In this document: positions 18,807-27,665 of the stretch, piece by piece
Layout: every line of letters starts with the position of its first letter
How positions within the stretch are numbered: position 1 is the stretch's first letter
NCBI GenBank assembly: GCA_002483085.1
Contig: DLHF01000063.1
Span: 16,602 to 79,606 of the forward strand
Length of the DNA: 63,005 nucleotides
From: Ignavibacteria bacterium UBA7675
Lineage (GTDB): Bacteria > Bacteroidota > Ignavibacteria > Kapaibacteriales > UB7675
Reading direction: 5' to 3'
Made by a program: the position numbers and the translations under genes
The notes under the pieces: generated by a model
What the model saw: only the letters and a program-made list of their open reading frames with translations
Told to the model about the DNA's origin: nothing
Database searches by the model: none

Positions 18807-19297
18807 ACAAAGCGAAAAAAATATCGCAGACTACGCGGCGGGACATTGCGAAATATAAACGCGATCACCCGAAGGCGACAATGGAACAGATCGCGCAGCA
18901 CTTTAACGTTACGTCCCGACAGGTGCAATACGCGCTCGATCTGGACGAACGCGGGGAGCTATCGCGTAGAAAGACGAAGACGGTAGACGCCCGGCAGCTA
19001 CAGAGCGCACTGACCAAGCCGCTGCCGCAATTAGTGGAGGAACAATCGCACTACACAATGGCACAGCTCAGCGCCATTGCAGACATTGATCCGCTCATGC
19101 GCTCGCGCACAATTGAGCGCGTTGCACGTGCCAGACAGGTGAACCTGCATGCAGATATGCAATTGAATTTGCACGGTGTGGATTGGCGCATCCTGTGCTC
19201 CACCATTCGCAGGTTCTGGCCGGAGGCGACCGACATAGACTGCATTAGAATATTTAATGAGGAGCGCGACAGATGCAGCCACAATACTCCCGAATAG
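18803..19297 (+). CDS. Putative terminase small subunit (HTH)
   Basis: HTH ATMEQIAQHFNVTSRQVQY; overlaps the large subunit start. Confidence 0.55.
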   Translation: MNKAKKISQTTRRDIAKYKRDHPKATMEQIAQHFNVTSRQVQYALDLDERGELSRRKTKTVDARQLQSALTKPLPQLVEEQSHYTMAQLSAIADIDPLMRSRTIERVARARQVNLHADMQLNLHGVDWRILCSTIRRFWPEATDIDCIRIFNEERDRCSHNTPE

Positions 19298-20838
19298 CCG
19301 ATCAGGTAGCACGCGCTGAAAAGAAGATTCAGCGTACGCTGAAATTGCAGCCTGCTACCGCATGGCAGGGCAAGGACGCGACCGCTGCCGCCCGCGAACG
19401 CCGCCGCGAAGAGAATAAGAATTTCTGGACGTACGACACGAACTACTATCCGCCAGAGATATACAAGCAGGGCTATGCCAAACCCGCCGCATTCCACCGA
19501 TCACTCATTGAATACACATACCAGCCTGGCATCCACACCGTACTGGGGCCGCGTAAACACGGTAAGACAGTCACCGCGCTGAAGAGGTTCGCCCATGCCC
19601 TTGTTGTGGGCGAATGGAGCTACGTCGTTACCTGGGGCAGCACACTGAAGAAAGCCCGTCGCCTCATGCGGTCGATTGCGCTACTCATCAAGCGCAACGC
19701 CCGTATTCAACACGACTACGGCATCGAAATTGTCACCGACAACAACGAGGAATTTCGCGTCATTATCGACGGCAGGGAAATCCTGATCGAACCGGCGTCG
19801 CCGGGCCGTTCACTGCGCGGAGCACTCGACCTCTTCGATCGTCCGCAGGCGGTGCTGTCCGATGACCGGCAGACGATCATGTCAACGCGCAATCCCGACG
19901 CGAACCGGGCCAGCAATCTAAAACTGCGCGAGGCATATAAATCGTGTACGGATGGCGCGGTCGTGATCGACCTCGGCAATAACTTTTCCGAAGACTGCGT
20001 TTACAACGACCTCAAAAAACACCACGAGGAAAAGACACTCGACCCCGGATGGTACCTGTATATCTACCGCGCATGGAGCGACGACACCGGCTCACTGTGG
20101 CAAGAGAAATACAACGCCGAGAAAGAAGACGATCTGCGCATCCTGCTGGAATGCAGCGAAGAAGAATGGTCGGGCGAGATGCAGCAAGACCCGCAACCCG
20201 GAGGTGGCTGTATTTTCCCGGAGACGCACTGGAAAGAGTACAACGAACTGCCCGCCGATGCGATCGGCATAGGCTACTGCGATCCAAACCTTGCGCTTAA
20301 AATCGACATCAGTGATACCACGGCGATTGGCGCTCTGTTGTACAGCCCCTCGGAAAACTACTTCTACGTGTACCGCCCACGATGCCAGGCGTACAGCGGC
20401 TCCGAAGAGCTACTAACGGACTACTACGAGGTGTACGATCCGTCGCGTGTGCAGCGCCTGGCATTCGACGGCAATGTGAATCAAGAGGCAGTGTGGAGCA
20501 ACAATGTTTTGAACTGGTGCATCCGGAATAAAAAGCCGTTCCCGCAAATCGACTATCGCAGATACGATGTCGACCTGCATATTAAATCTGTGCAGACTGT
20601 GTTTGCGCAGGACCGCATTTTCTTCCCTGTTGTATGGGAGGATGCGAAGGAAAAAGCCCGTGCGAAAAAGCAGGTGACGAAGTTCAAAGGGAAGAAAAAG
20701 AAAGGCAAGATCAAAGTGGATTTTGCCGACTGGCTCGTGTGCGCATTTCAGGTGCTGCACGATCCGGAAGTACAGCTCGGCGAAGGGCACTCGCGAGAAA
20801 TAAAAGTCACGACCTACGTAGAACCCACAGAGTTTTAA
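19273..20838 (+). CDS. Terminase large subunit
   Basis: Walker A GPRKHGKT, Walker B VLSDD, EMQQDP, nuclease YCDP..SDTTA and C-terminal DFADW. Confidence 0.9.
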   Translation: MQPQYSRIADQVARAEKKIQRTLKLQPATAWQGKDATAAARERRREENKNFWTYDTNYYPPEIYKQGYAKPAAFHRSLIEYTYQPGIHTVLGPRKHGKTVTALKRFAHALVVGEWSYVVTWGSTLKKARRLMRSIALLIKRNARIQHDYGIEIVTDNNEEFRVIIDGREILIEPASPGRSLRGALDLFDRPQAVLSDDRQTIMSTRNPDANRASNLKLREAYKSCTDGAVVIDLGNNFSEDCVYNDLKKHHEEKTLDPGWYLYIYRAWSDDTGSLWQEKYNAEKEDDLRILLECSEEEWSGEMQQDPQPGGGCIFPETHWKEYNELPADAIGIGYCDPNLALKIDISDTTAIGALLYSPSENYFYVYRPRCQAYSGSEELLTDYYEVYDPSRVQRLAFDGNVNQEAVWSNNVLNWCIRNKKPFPQIDYRRYDVDLHIKSVQTVFAQDRIFFPVVWEDAKEKARAKKQVTKFKGKKKKGKIKVDFADWLVCAFQVLHDPEVQLGEGHSREIKVTTYVEPTEF

Positions 20839-20847
20839 GGATTCGTA

Positions 20848-22077
20848 ATGGCAGAAGAATTTAGATACCCGTTCGACCGCGAGCGACAACTGCCCGAGCT
20901 GGCGGAGATCGTGAGCGCAATTTCCAAAGCCGACGCACCCGAAGAAAACAGCCGGGATGTTAGGCCGCTGATGTCGCTATTGCAGCGACTGCCCGCCGTC
21001 GACCCCGCGCTGCCGGAGACAAAGCCGGTGGCGAACCTACTGTCGGCGGAGTGGACGATCACGCCGACACGTGAAGAGTTTGCCGACGACGCAGAGATCG
21101 CAAGAGAGAGGCTCAAAGAAGCTATCTATCAAACAAAAAAAACGTGGATCGAAACACGGCACTTTGGCAAGTGGGGCCTGAAGCTCGAATGGGCGCAACA
21201 GGAGTGGAGCACGAGGAAGTCGTCTACGACCGAAAAACTGTGGACACCCGTGACAGCGACAAAGCTGGAGCAAACCGACTTTGAAGCGCATCGGGACTAC
21301 GAGCGCGGCATCACACTCCTGGAACACACGAAAAGTAAATTCACGCGCAAGGAGCCAAAGGACACGACGAAGGAAAGCTACCTCACCGACACGTTCCGGC
21401 TGGGCATCGCAGGCGGCGTGTACCGAAGTGTGCTTATCTACGAGTGGCTGCTGTATGCGAACATTCAGGACTGGAGGAATTTTCTGAAGAGACTGCGCGG
21501 CCTCATCGTTGCAAGCTATGCAGACGGCGGAGCCGAACTCGACTCGCCACAGCAGAAGAAGGCAGAGAAGGCAGTCAGAGAAGCGGGTGCAGTAAACTGG
21601 GTGGCTGCGAGTAACACCCTGAAATTCGAGTTTCTCAAAATCGTAGACTCGCTCGGCGCGAAGGCGCACGAGGACTTCGACAAGATGGCGCAGGAAAAAA
21701 TTAATATCGCCCTGTGCGGCACCGCGAATAGCAGCAACCTCGCCGACAAGGGCAGCCGTAGCGCACAGGAAACGATGATCTACGGCGTCGAAGAGTCGCT
21801 GGCATTTCTGAACCGGGAAGACTGCCAGCGCGTCATCAATCAACAGTTGATACAACAGGACATCGAACGCAACTACAAGACCGATAACCAGATGGCTCCG
21901 TACTCATTTCAATTTCTACCCAGGTTCGTCGAAGACCGCGAGAGCAACGCACGGATCGCAACCATGCTGCTCGGCGAAGGCGTTCCCCTGCTCAAAAAAG
22001 AGGTTGCCGAAAAAACAGGATTCACTCCGGCGGTCGACGGCGAGATCATTCCGGCCCGACAGGGGATCACTCTGTGA
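20848..22077 (+). CDS. Portal protein (DUF935 / Mu gp29-like)
   Basis: After TerL; INIALCGT..GSRSAQE..INQQLI pattern. Confidence 0.8.
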   Translation: MAEEFRYPFDRERQLPELAEIVSAISKADAPEENSRDVRPLMSLLQRLPAVDPALPETKPVANLLSAEWTITPTREEFADDAEIARERLKEAIYQTKKTWIETRHFGKWGLKLEWAQQEWSTRKSSTTEKLWTPVTATKLEQTDFEAHRDYERGITLLEHTKSKFTRKEPKDTTKESYLTDTFRLGIAGGVYRSVLIYEWLLYANIQDWRNFLKRLRGLIVASYADGGAELDSPQQKKAEKAVREAGAVNWVAASNTLKFEFLKIVDSLGAKAHEDFDKMAQEKINIALCGTANSSNLADKGSRSAQETMIYGVEESLAFLNREDCQRVINQQLIQQDIERNYKTDNQMAPYSFQFLPRFVEDRESNARIATMLLGEGVPLLKKEVAEKTGFTPAVDGEIIPARQGITL

Positions 22078-22493
22078 ACACGTTTCGCGCATCGGACGCA
22101 ACACTCCAGCGGGCAGGGCTCCGGATTATTGATATGATCCGGCAGCGCACTCTCGCGGGATTAGACAAGGACGGCAATCCACTCGCGGCGTACAGCCCCA
22201 TCTACGCGCTTTTTAAGGCGAAGCGTTACCCGCAGCAGGGCGGTCGCGTGACGATGTCGGCGACAGGCGCGATGCTGCGCTCGCTCGCCGTACTCAAAGT
22301 GTCGGATGATACAGTCACGATTGGATCGGACAACACGGAGGATGCCCTAAAGCTCCTGTGGCACAACGCCACCGGCGCGGGACGTTCGCGCATCCTGCGC
22401 ATCATCCTCGGCATCAGCGAAGAGGAAGGCAACGACGAAACATTGATCGAAATTTTGACTAATGGAATTGTTATCGAAGGGAGTTTTCTATGA
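22074..22493 (+). CDS. Virion morphogenesis protein (Mu gpG-like)
   Basis: DKDGNPLAAYS..TGAMLRSL..HN..R.ILGIS pattern. Confidence 0.7.
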   Translation: MNTFRASDATLQRAGLRIIDMIRQRTLAGLDKDGNPLAAYSPIYALFKAKRYPQQGGRVTMSATGAMLRSLAVLKVSDDTVTIGSDNTEDALKLLWHNATGAGRSRILRIILGISEEEGNDETLIEILTNGIVIEGSFL

Positions 22494-22858
22494 TGATGCG
22501 CTTTACTGTTCCGGTGGCGATATACGAGACACAGGTGTGCGTTATTATCACAGACGATTTGCAGGTGACAGCCGATAAGTTGTCGCGCAAATACAACAAT
22601 CCGAAATTCGATACAACAACCTATGACGCATTTACATTCTTTTGTGGCTATTGCTACATCGTACTGGAGCCCACCACACCCGACCACATTGTCGTGCATG
22701 AATGCGTCCACGCAACAACGTTCATACTCACCGACAGAGGCGTCATACACAGCCAGGAAAACGACGAACCGCACGCCTATCTAACCGAATTCCTGTACCG
22801 TGAAATCGCGAAAAAACTGCACGAGAAAAAAAAGAAAAAGCGCATCAAAACTATTTGA
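22490..22858 (+). CDS. HExxH metallopeptidase-like phage protein
   Basis: VVHECVH with downstream DEPHAY. Confidence 0.6.
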   Translation: MMMRFTVPVAIYETQVCVIITDDLQVTADKLSRKYNNPKFDTTTYDAFTFFCGYCYIVLEPTTPDHIVVHECVHATTFILTDRGVIHSQENDEPHAYLTEFLYREIAKKLHEKKKKKRIKTI

Positions 22859-22919
22859 TGACGTGGTACCCGTATCTCGTTGCGAGGCGCGGAGTTGCGG
22901 GGATGAAATTTAGAAAGAA

Positions 22920-22951
22920 TCACCGAAGAGCTAAATTTAGCTCTTCGGTGA
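22920..22951. terminator. Perfect 32-bp palindrome; likely bidirectional terminator between convergent operons
   Basis: TCACCGAAGAGCTAAATTTAGCTCTTCGGTGA. Confidence 0.7.
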
Positions 22952-22973
22952 AAATGGCGCGAAAATTCACTGA

Positions 22974-23456
22974 TTATTCAGGGGGGGCTTCCAGCTTCTT
23001 TGTGTCTGAGATAAACACGTAACTATACGCCGTCGATCCCTTTGGATTGCAATAGTCAATAATGTAATAACTGACCCGGTAATTTCCGTACTTCCGACAT
23101 TCGCCATCCTTAAACTGAAGCTGCTTATCCTCGTGTTTAGCACCGATCTTACGCAGGAATGCCGACACTTTGCGCGACTCTGCTGCATTGTAATAAACCT
23201 TATACCCGAACACTAACCCATCTTTAAATATCACCATAACGCTGTCCGGCGTCCCGCCACAAAAAACCCGAACACCTATCATCGTATGCCCGGTATCCGA
23301 TTTCTTGCCGCGAATGGTGGTTGTAATTTTTCCGCCCGCAGACTGCAACCCCGACATCGCCGACAGTGAATCGCCGACACCGTAAGTAACTTCATCAACA
23401 ACGCCCTGTGCGCAGACTGGGACAACGCACAGCAAGAAAATGAGAACGAGTTTCAC
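22974..23456 (-). CDS. Secreted hypothetical protein in the immunity operon (moron-like)
   Basis: Signal peptide MKLVLIFLLCVVPVCA; downstream of the repressor and S24 genes. Confidence 0.65.
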   Translation of the reverse strand: MKLVLIFLLCVVPVCAQGVVDEVTYGVGDSLSAMSGLQSAGGKITTTIRGKKSDTGHTMIGVRVFCGGTPDSVMVIFKDGLVFGYKVYYNAAESRKVSAFLRKIGAKHEDKQLQFKDGECRKYGNYRVSYYIIDYCNPKGSTAYSYVFISDTKKLEAPPE

Positions 23457-23467
23457 AAATCCCCCTG

Positions 23468-23920
23468 TTAAAATAGTTTTCGATGAACGCCCGTGATAAC
23501 GGCGATCGTTTGAAATGAGTCGTCAGGATAAATCTCCCGAACTCTGTACGTGTGATTTTCCGAAGCAAGCGACGTGATGCCTCCCTCGCATACGAATCGC
23601 TTTACGACAACTTCTCCATTGAGAACAGCAACAACAATATCCCGGTTCGTTACCGGCCTTTCGCAATCCACCGACAAATAGTCGCCGTCGAGTATTCCGG
23701 CTGCGACCATGCTGTCGCCCCGGATACGCAGGATAAAGGCGTCGTTTGGATTACTGTAGAACATTTCCAATAGATCAACGACGCTATACTTGTCCACGTC
23801 GTACAGAGGCTCGTTACCTCCGGCTGTTGCTGATGGTGTCAACATACGCACTGGTACGGTTTGGTTTGAAATCTTCAATATCTCACTGACATTGCTTTCC
23901 AAGTGGTCACGCTGGCTCAT
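23468..23920 (-). CDS. S24 peptidase (LexA/UmuD-like), no DNA-binding domain
   Basis: Ala-Gly site (TAGG), GDSM catalytic Ser, VKRF catalytic Lys; own AGGAG RBS. Confidence 0.88.
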   Translation of the reverse strand: MSQRDHLESNVSEILKISNQTVPVRMLTPSATAGGNEPLYDVDKYSVVDLLEMFYSNPNDAFILRIRGDSMVAAGILDGDYLSVDCERPVTNRDIVVAVLNGEVVVKRFVCEGGITSLASENHTYRVREIYPDDSFQTIAVITGVHRKLF

Positions 23921-24386
23921 GCTGTACTCCTTTTGCAGTAGGTGTCATAACGTTGAATTTATCTAATATCCGTTCAGTCTGATCCAATCGAATTCGCAAT
24001 TCTTCACGCGCCTGGCTGCATGTTACCAATTCTTCCTCTAACTGCCGCATTTTCAGTTTCGACGCTCGCAACGGAGCGCCGATGTCTATGACCTCGGAAA
24101 CGTTGCTTTCGCTCGCCCTGCGAATATCTTCCGGCGTTGTAGCAACCTCGTACCTATATACTCCCGGTTTTGGCTCTCCTTCCCCAGTAGTAAGCCAATG
24201 ACAGTTTACTGAATATTTCCTATATATTGAATCTATCACCCCCACGTTAGGCGTGGATTTCCCTTTTTCAATAGTGTTCACAAACCCGGTCGAGATACCA
24301 ATCTCTTTGGCGAAATTCTCTGTATTTAGCCGGGCTAACTCGGTTCTCACGTATTTGAACCGCTCCCCAAATGCGATCTTATCCAT
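23907..24386 (-). CDS. XRE-family HTH prophage repressor with C-terminal coiled coil
   Basis: ERFKYVR..FAKEIGISTGFVNTIEKGKSTP..VNCHWLTTGEG. Confidence 0.85.
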   Translation of the reverse strand: MDKIAFGERFKYVRTELARLNTENFAKEIGISTGFVNTIEKGKSTPNVGVIDSIYRKYSVNCHWLTTGEGEPKPGVYRYEVATTPEDIRRASESNVSEVIDIGAPLRASKLKMRQLEEELVTCSQAREELRIRLDQTERILDKFNVMTPTAKGVQHEPA

Positions 24387-24393
24387 AGGTTAA

Positions 24394-24447
24394 TTCAAGT
24401 AGTTGAACGAAATCACTTGACAATATTCAATTAATTGAATATCTTTG
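24394..24447 (+). promoter_or_regulatory. Early promoter with two palindromic operators
   Basis: TTGACA (24417)-17 bp-TATCTT, also matching TAnnTTTG (24440-24447); operators TTCAA-N4-TTGAA at 24394-24407 and ATATTCAATTAATTGAATAT at 24423-24442. Confidence 0.75.
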
Positions 24448-24451
24448 CGCT

Positions 24452-24481
24452 GTACACGATGGTACACGACGGTACACGACG
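24452..24481 (+). repeat. Three 10-bp tandem direct repeats GTACACGA(T/C)G
   Basis: Read directly; between the early promoter and the first early gene. Confidence 0.85.
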
Positions 24482-24505
24482 GCCAAAATATAAAAAGTTG
24501 CAGTT

Positions 24506-24715
24506 ATGAAGACAGTTGATTTACGGCGCTACCCCTACAAAGGCACACTGATCGAAGCCGGGATCAGGCTCGGAGAACCGGGTAAACCCAAGTCACGGCA
24601 GGCGGTGCGGAACTTACTGGATCGCAATAACGAGACGGCAAAGAGAACGGTCAACGCAATCGTGGCAGAGCGCACGGCGAAGCTCCAACAGAAAACCGGG
24701 GGGGGTAGTCGATGA
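24506..24715 (+). CDS. Small Ner/Cro-like DNA-binding protein
   Basis: Basic 69 aa, divergent from the repressor, first early gene, SRQAVRNLL helix. Confidence 0.55.
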   Translation: MKTVDLRRYPYKGTLIEAGIRLGEPGKPKSRQAVRNLLDRNNETAKRTVNAIVAERTAKLQQKTGGGSR

Positions 24716-26556
24716 ACGCAGTCACCGCAAAAATGATCGCCTCCCGTGTAGGATGTTCGGAGCGCACCGTGAGCAAACGCCTGGAAAATGCAACGGAGTT
24801 TTTTGCAGGAACAGCCAGACCCGACGGCAAAGCCGGTGCACCGGCAAAGCTATACAACCCCGCCGTGATCCCGGCTCTCTGGGGCAACCGCTACGGCATC
24901 GAACTAAAAGCAGAGCAGCCCATCGCGTTCCGCAAGGAACGCAGCGACCGGGGCAAGGCTCGCGGCAAATCGCAGGCGCTGGTCGATCTGGCTACGCGCT
25001 ACGTGTTCACCGAATACCTGTCCGGCGCGATCCCCGATGTACGGGGCGCATGTCGCCGGGCGATTACTAAACTCAAAGAGAAGGCGCACGCCGGTGAACT
25101 GCCGATCTGCGGGGATCAGCTCGCAGAGGTAGAGAAATTAGAGAAGTCCGAGTGGCTGTATAAAAAGTGGATTTACTCCAATACCAAGAGTTTCACCGGG
25201 CCGTATTACGCACAACTCTGGAAGGCAGCCTGGGAGTCCGAACACAAAAAGTATAAGCAGGCGATGGACTACGCGACAGTGCGCTATGTCACATGGGAAG
25301 TTCTCGAATCCGGCTTTGGTTGTGGACGCGGCAACGGCTTTGCAAAATTCGTGATGCTGGACGACAGGCTTTCAGATGCACGCACCGGGCCGGAGCAAAA
25401 ACAATCCTATGCGATATATGCCTGGTGCGTACTCACGGGCGCTCTGCTGTGGGTTGAGCCATGCCAGACGGTCACGGCGCAGGCATATATAAAAACGATC
25501 CTCTCCGTAGTTGCCGCACATGGTTTGCAGGAAAAGATAGTGTGGTTCATGGAGAACGCGAAAGCGGCGATCGCGAATAAAGTTCAGGGTGTGATCCGGT
25601 CGCTCTATACACCGGAAGAACTCGCGAATCCCGGCGAGGCCCACAAACTCCTTTTTCACGGCAGCTCCTACATCGTGCGCAACGTTCCATCTATTCCTCG
25701 CGGTTTTGGAAAAGGTTTCGGCGAGCGCTCTTTCCTCCGACTCAAGACCGGCTATGACGCGCTGATGTATCCAAAGGCATTCCAGGGCGGCAACAGGAAT
25801 GAAACGGTACAGCTCACTCGCGCCAGTACACCAGTGTTCCGCGATGTGCCATCGACAGACGACTATTTCCGCCGCCTGTTAGGATTTGCCTATACGGAGT
25901 ACGTCGATACACCCCGCGCCAGCCTGCGCGAATGGGCCGCAGCTCATGACTCCGTGCCCACGATCCGCGCAATGATGGACTACTACAGATCAGAAGAAAA
26001 GCGAGTGCCCACGCCGGAGCAGGTTGCCTATCTCCTATACTGGGCGCAGCCGTCGCTCACAGTCGTGAAGCGCAAGACGCCGGGCGTCATCAATTGCCAG
26101 ATTGCCGGGCGTTTCTACAACCTCCGCCATGATGCGCTGTATGACGGCAAACTGAGCAACAAGAAAATCGCCGTAGTCCCTATCCCGGACAATCCAGATT
26201 TCTGCGCTCTGTATTTGTACGACAGTGAGAATCCCCGATTCATCTGCGTCGCTGAAGACTACCGCGCCCGTACCCCGCAAGATGCCAACAGAATGCAACA
26301 GGATTCACGCAGGATGCGCGAAGACTTTGCCGACCGTGTAGAGGCTACCAAAGAAGGATTGCGCCTTACTACGGTTGCGGAAACCGTATCGGAGCGTGTT
26401 GCGCGGCTGGACGCCGTAGCGCCAACAACGCACGTACTGCCCGCATGGGCGCACGTGCAGGACGGAGACGACGAACACAAAATAATTGAGGCCGAAGTGT
26501 ACACCGTTGAGAATGACGACGATGTGCTCGGCGAAATTCAGCAGTTAGATTTTTAA
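24712..26556 (+). CDS. Mu/TnsB-like DDE-fold transposase
   Basis: N-terminal HTH, RKERSDRGKAR motif, MLDD..D strand, WFMEN, KGFGERSF; beta-rich C-terminal domain. Confidence 0.8.
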   Translation: MNAVTAKMIASRVGCSERTVSKRLENATEFFAGTARPDGKAGAPAKLYNPAVIPALWGNRYGIELKAEQPIAFRKERSDRGKARGKSQALVDLATRYVFTEYLSGAIPDVRGACRRAITKLKEKAHAGELPICGDQLAEVEKLEKSEWLYKKWIYSNTKSFTGPYYAQLWKAAWESEHKKYKQAMDYATVRYVTWEVLESGFGCGRGNGFAKFVMLDDRLSDARTGPEQKQSYAIYAWCVLTGALLWVEPCQTVTAQAYIKTILSVVAAHGLQEKIVWFMENAKAAIANKVQGVIRSLYTPEELANPGEAHKLLFHGSSYIVRNVPSIPRGFGKGFGERSFLRLKTGYDALMYPKAFQGGNRNETVQLTRASTPVFRDVPSTDDYFRRLLGFAYTEYVDTPRASLREWAAAHDSVPTIRAMMDYYRSEEKRVPTPEQVAYLLYWAQPSLTVVKRKTPGVINCQIAGRFYNLRHDALYDGKLSNKKIAVVPIPDNPDFCALYLYDSENPRFICVAEDYRARTPQDANRMQQDSRRMREDFADRVEATKEGLRLTTVAETVSERVARLDAVAPTTHVLPAWAHVQDGDDEHKIIEAEVYTVENDDDVLGEIQQLDF

Positions 26557-26568
26557 GGAGGATATACC

Positions 26569-27018
26569 ATGACGGACTTGATTGAGGTGAAAGAGGCTGC
26601 ATTGAAAATCGAAGCAAAGCTACTGCCGTGCCCATGCTGTGGCGGTAGCGGTAGAATCGGCCCGATTAAATCAACGGTGTGCGGCTACCATATTGAATGT
26701 TCGCGGTGTACGCTCGTTGCTTCTGATCCACAGGAACACAGCCCTGTGCCCCATACCTCAATGAAACGCGCAGCCGAAGTGTGGAACAGGCGCGAACCGC
26801 TATCAGGCAATGTGGAAATTCCCGGCTTTGATCCGCCTCCGGAGGATTCCATGATTAACACCCGCTGGCGCGAAGAGTGCCCCCATTGCAAGAAAGACCG
26901 CGAGCTGAGAAAGTTCAAAATAAAATTGTGCGGTGAAGATGTCTGGTGTCGCGCCTGCGAGCAGTGCAAGGCGCGACTTGAAAAAGACGACGCAAGTATT
27001 TCCAACAACTCGAAATAA
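26569..27018 (+). CDS. Lar-like (restriction alleviation) zinc-finger protein
   Basis: LLPCPCCGG..IECSRC..AAEVWNRR; second CxxC pair at the C-terminus. Confidence 0.7.
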   Translation: MTDLIEVKEAALKIEAKLLPCPCCGGSGRIGPIKSTVCGYHIECSRCTLVASDPQEHSPVPHTSMKRAAEVWNRREPLSGNVEIPGFDPPPEDSMINTRWREECPHCKKDRELRKFKIKLCGEDVWCRACEQCKARLEKDDASISNNSK

Positions 27019-27039
27019 GAATACACACACGGAGCAACT

Positions 27040-27420
27040 ATGAACAACAAAATGCAATTAGCTTCCCAGACGGGCAGCAGCATGACGATGGTTCCCCACA
27101 TCGACAACGACCTGATCCGCAGCCGCTTATCGGACGACGACAAAGCCTACCTGCTAGAGATACAGGCAAAGCTCTCCAACCTCACCACGCTACGGCAGAA
27201 AGCCGAGCGCAAATCGGAGAGGCTGATCCGCAAGATTGAATCGACACCGGAATTTCAGGAAGCCGCACAACTCAAAAAAAACATCAAAGCAATGAAGTCT
27301 GTCGAGGAAGAGATCGGCACGAAGATATCAGCTATCATGGAGAAGACCATGCACGATGTTCCGGGCGACGGCATCTTTGAAAAGATGGCGAACCTCGCAA
27401 AACGAGGAGGCCAACGATGA
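27040..27420 (+). CDS. Phage hypothetical coiled-coil protein
   Basis: GGAG RBS; in the early operon. Confidence 0.7.
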   Translation: MNNKMQLASQTGSSMTMVPHIDNDLIRSRLSDDDKAYLLEIQAKLSNLTTLRQKAERKSERLIRKIESTPEFQEAAQLKKNIKAMKSVEEEIGTKISAIMEKTMHDVPGDGIFEKMANLAKRGGQR

Positions 27421-27665
27421 ACACGATTGAGTTCTCAAAAGGGGGTGTCGAATCAGCCGTGGAGTTCGCAACCTATTTAGCCGACACGATGGAGGACACA
27501 GCGCGAGCGATAATTGCACGACACAAAGGCGGGCACGACACCAGAGCAGCCGTAATACACGAAACGGTTCAACATGCGTGGACGGCGTTTCTGAAGCGGG
27601 ATGCAGAACTAAAGGTATTGATAGAGCCACTGTTCACTCAAATCATGAAGGAGCGACTGCAATGA
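27417..27665 (+). CDS. Phage hypothetical protein
   Basis: GAGGAGG RBS, ATGA coupling. Confidence 0.65.
   Translation: MNTIEFSKGGVESAVEFATYLADTMEDTARAIIARHKGGHDTRAAVIHETVQHAWTAFLKRDAELKVLIEPLFTQIMKERLQ

Noticed and set aside
23468-23920. umuDC mutagenesis cassette
   Set aside because: No UmuC/Y-family polymerase in the window.
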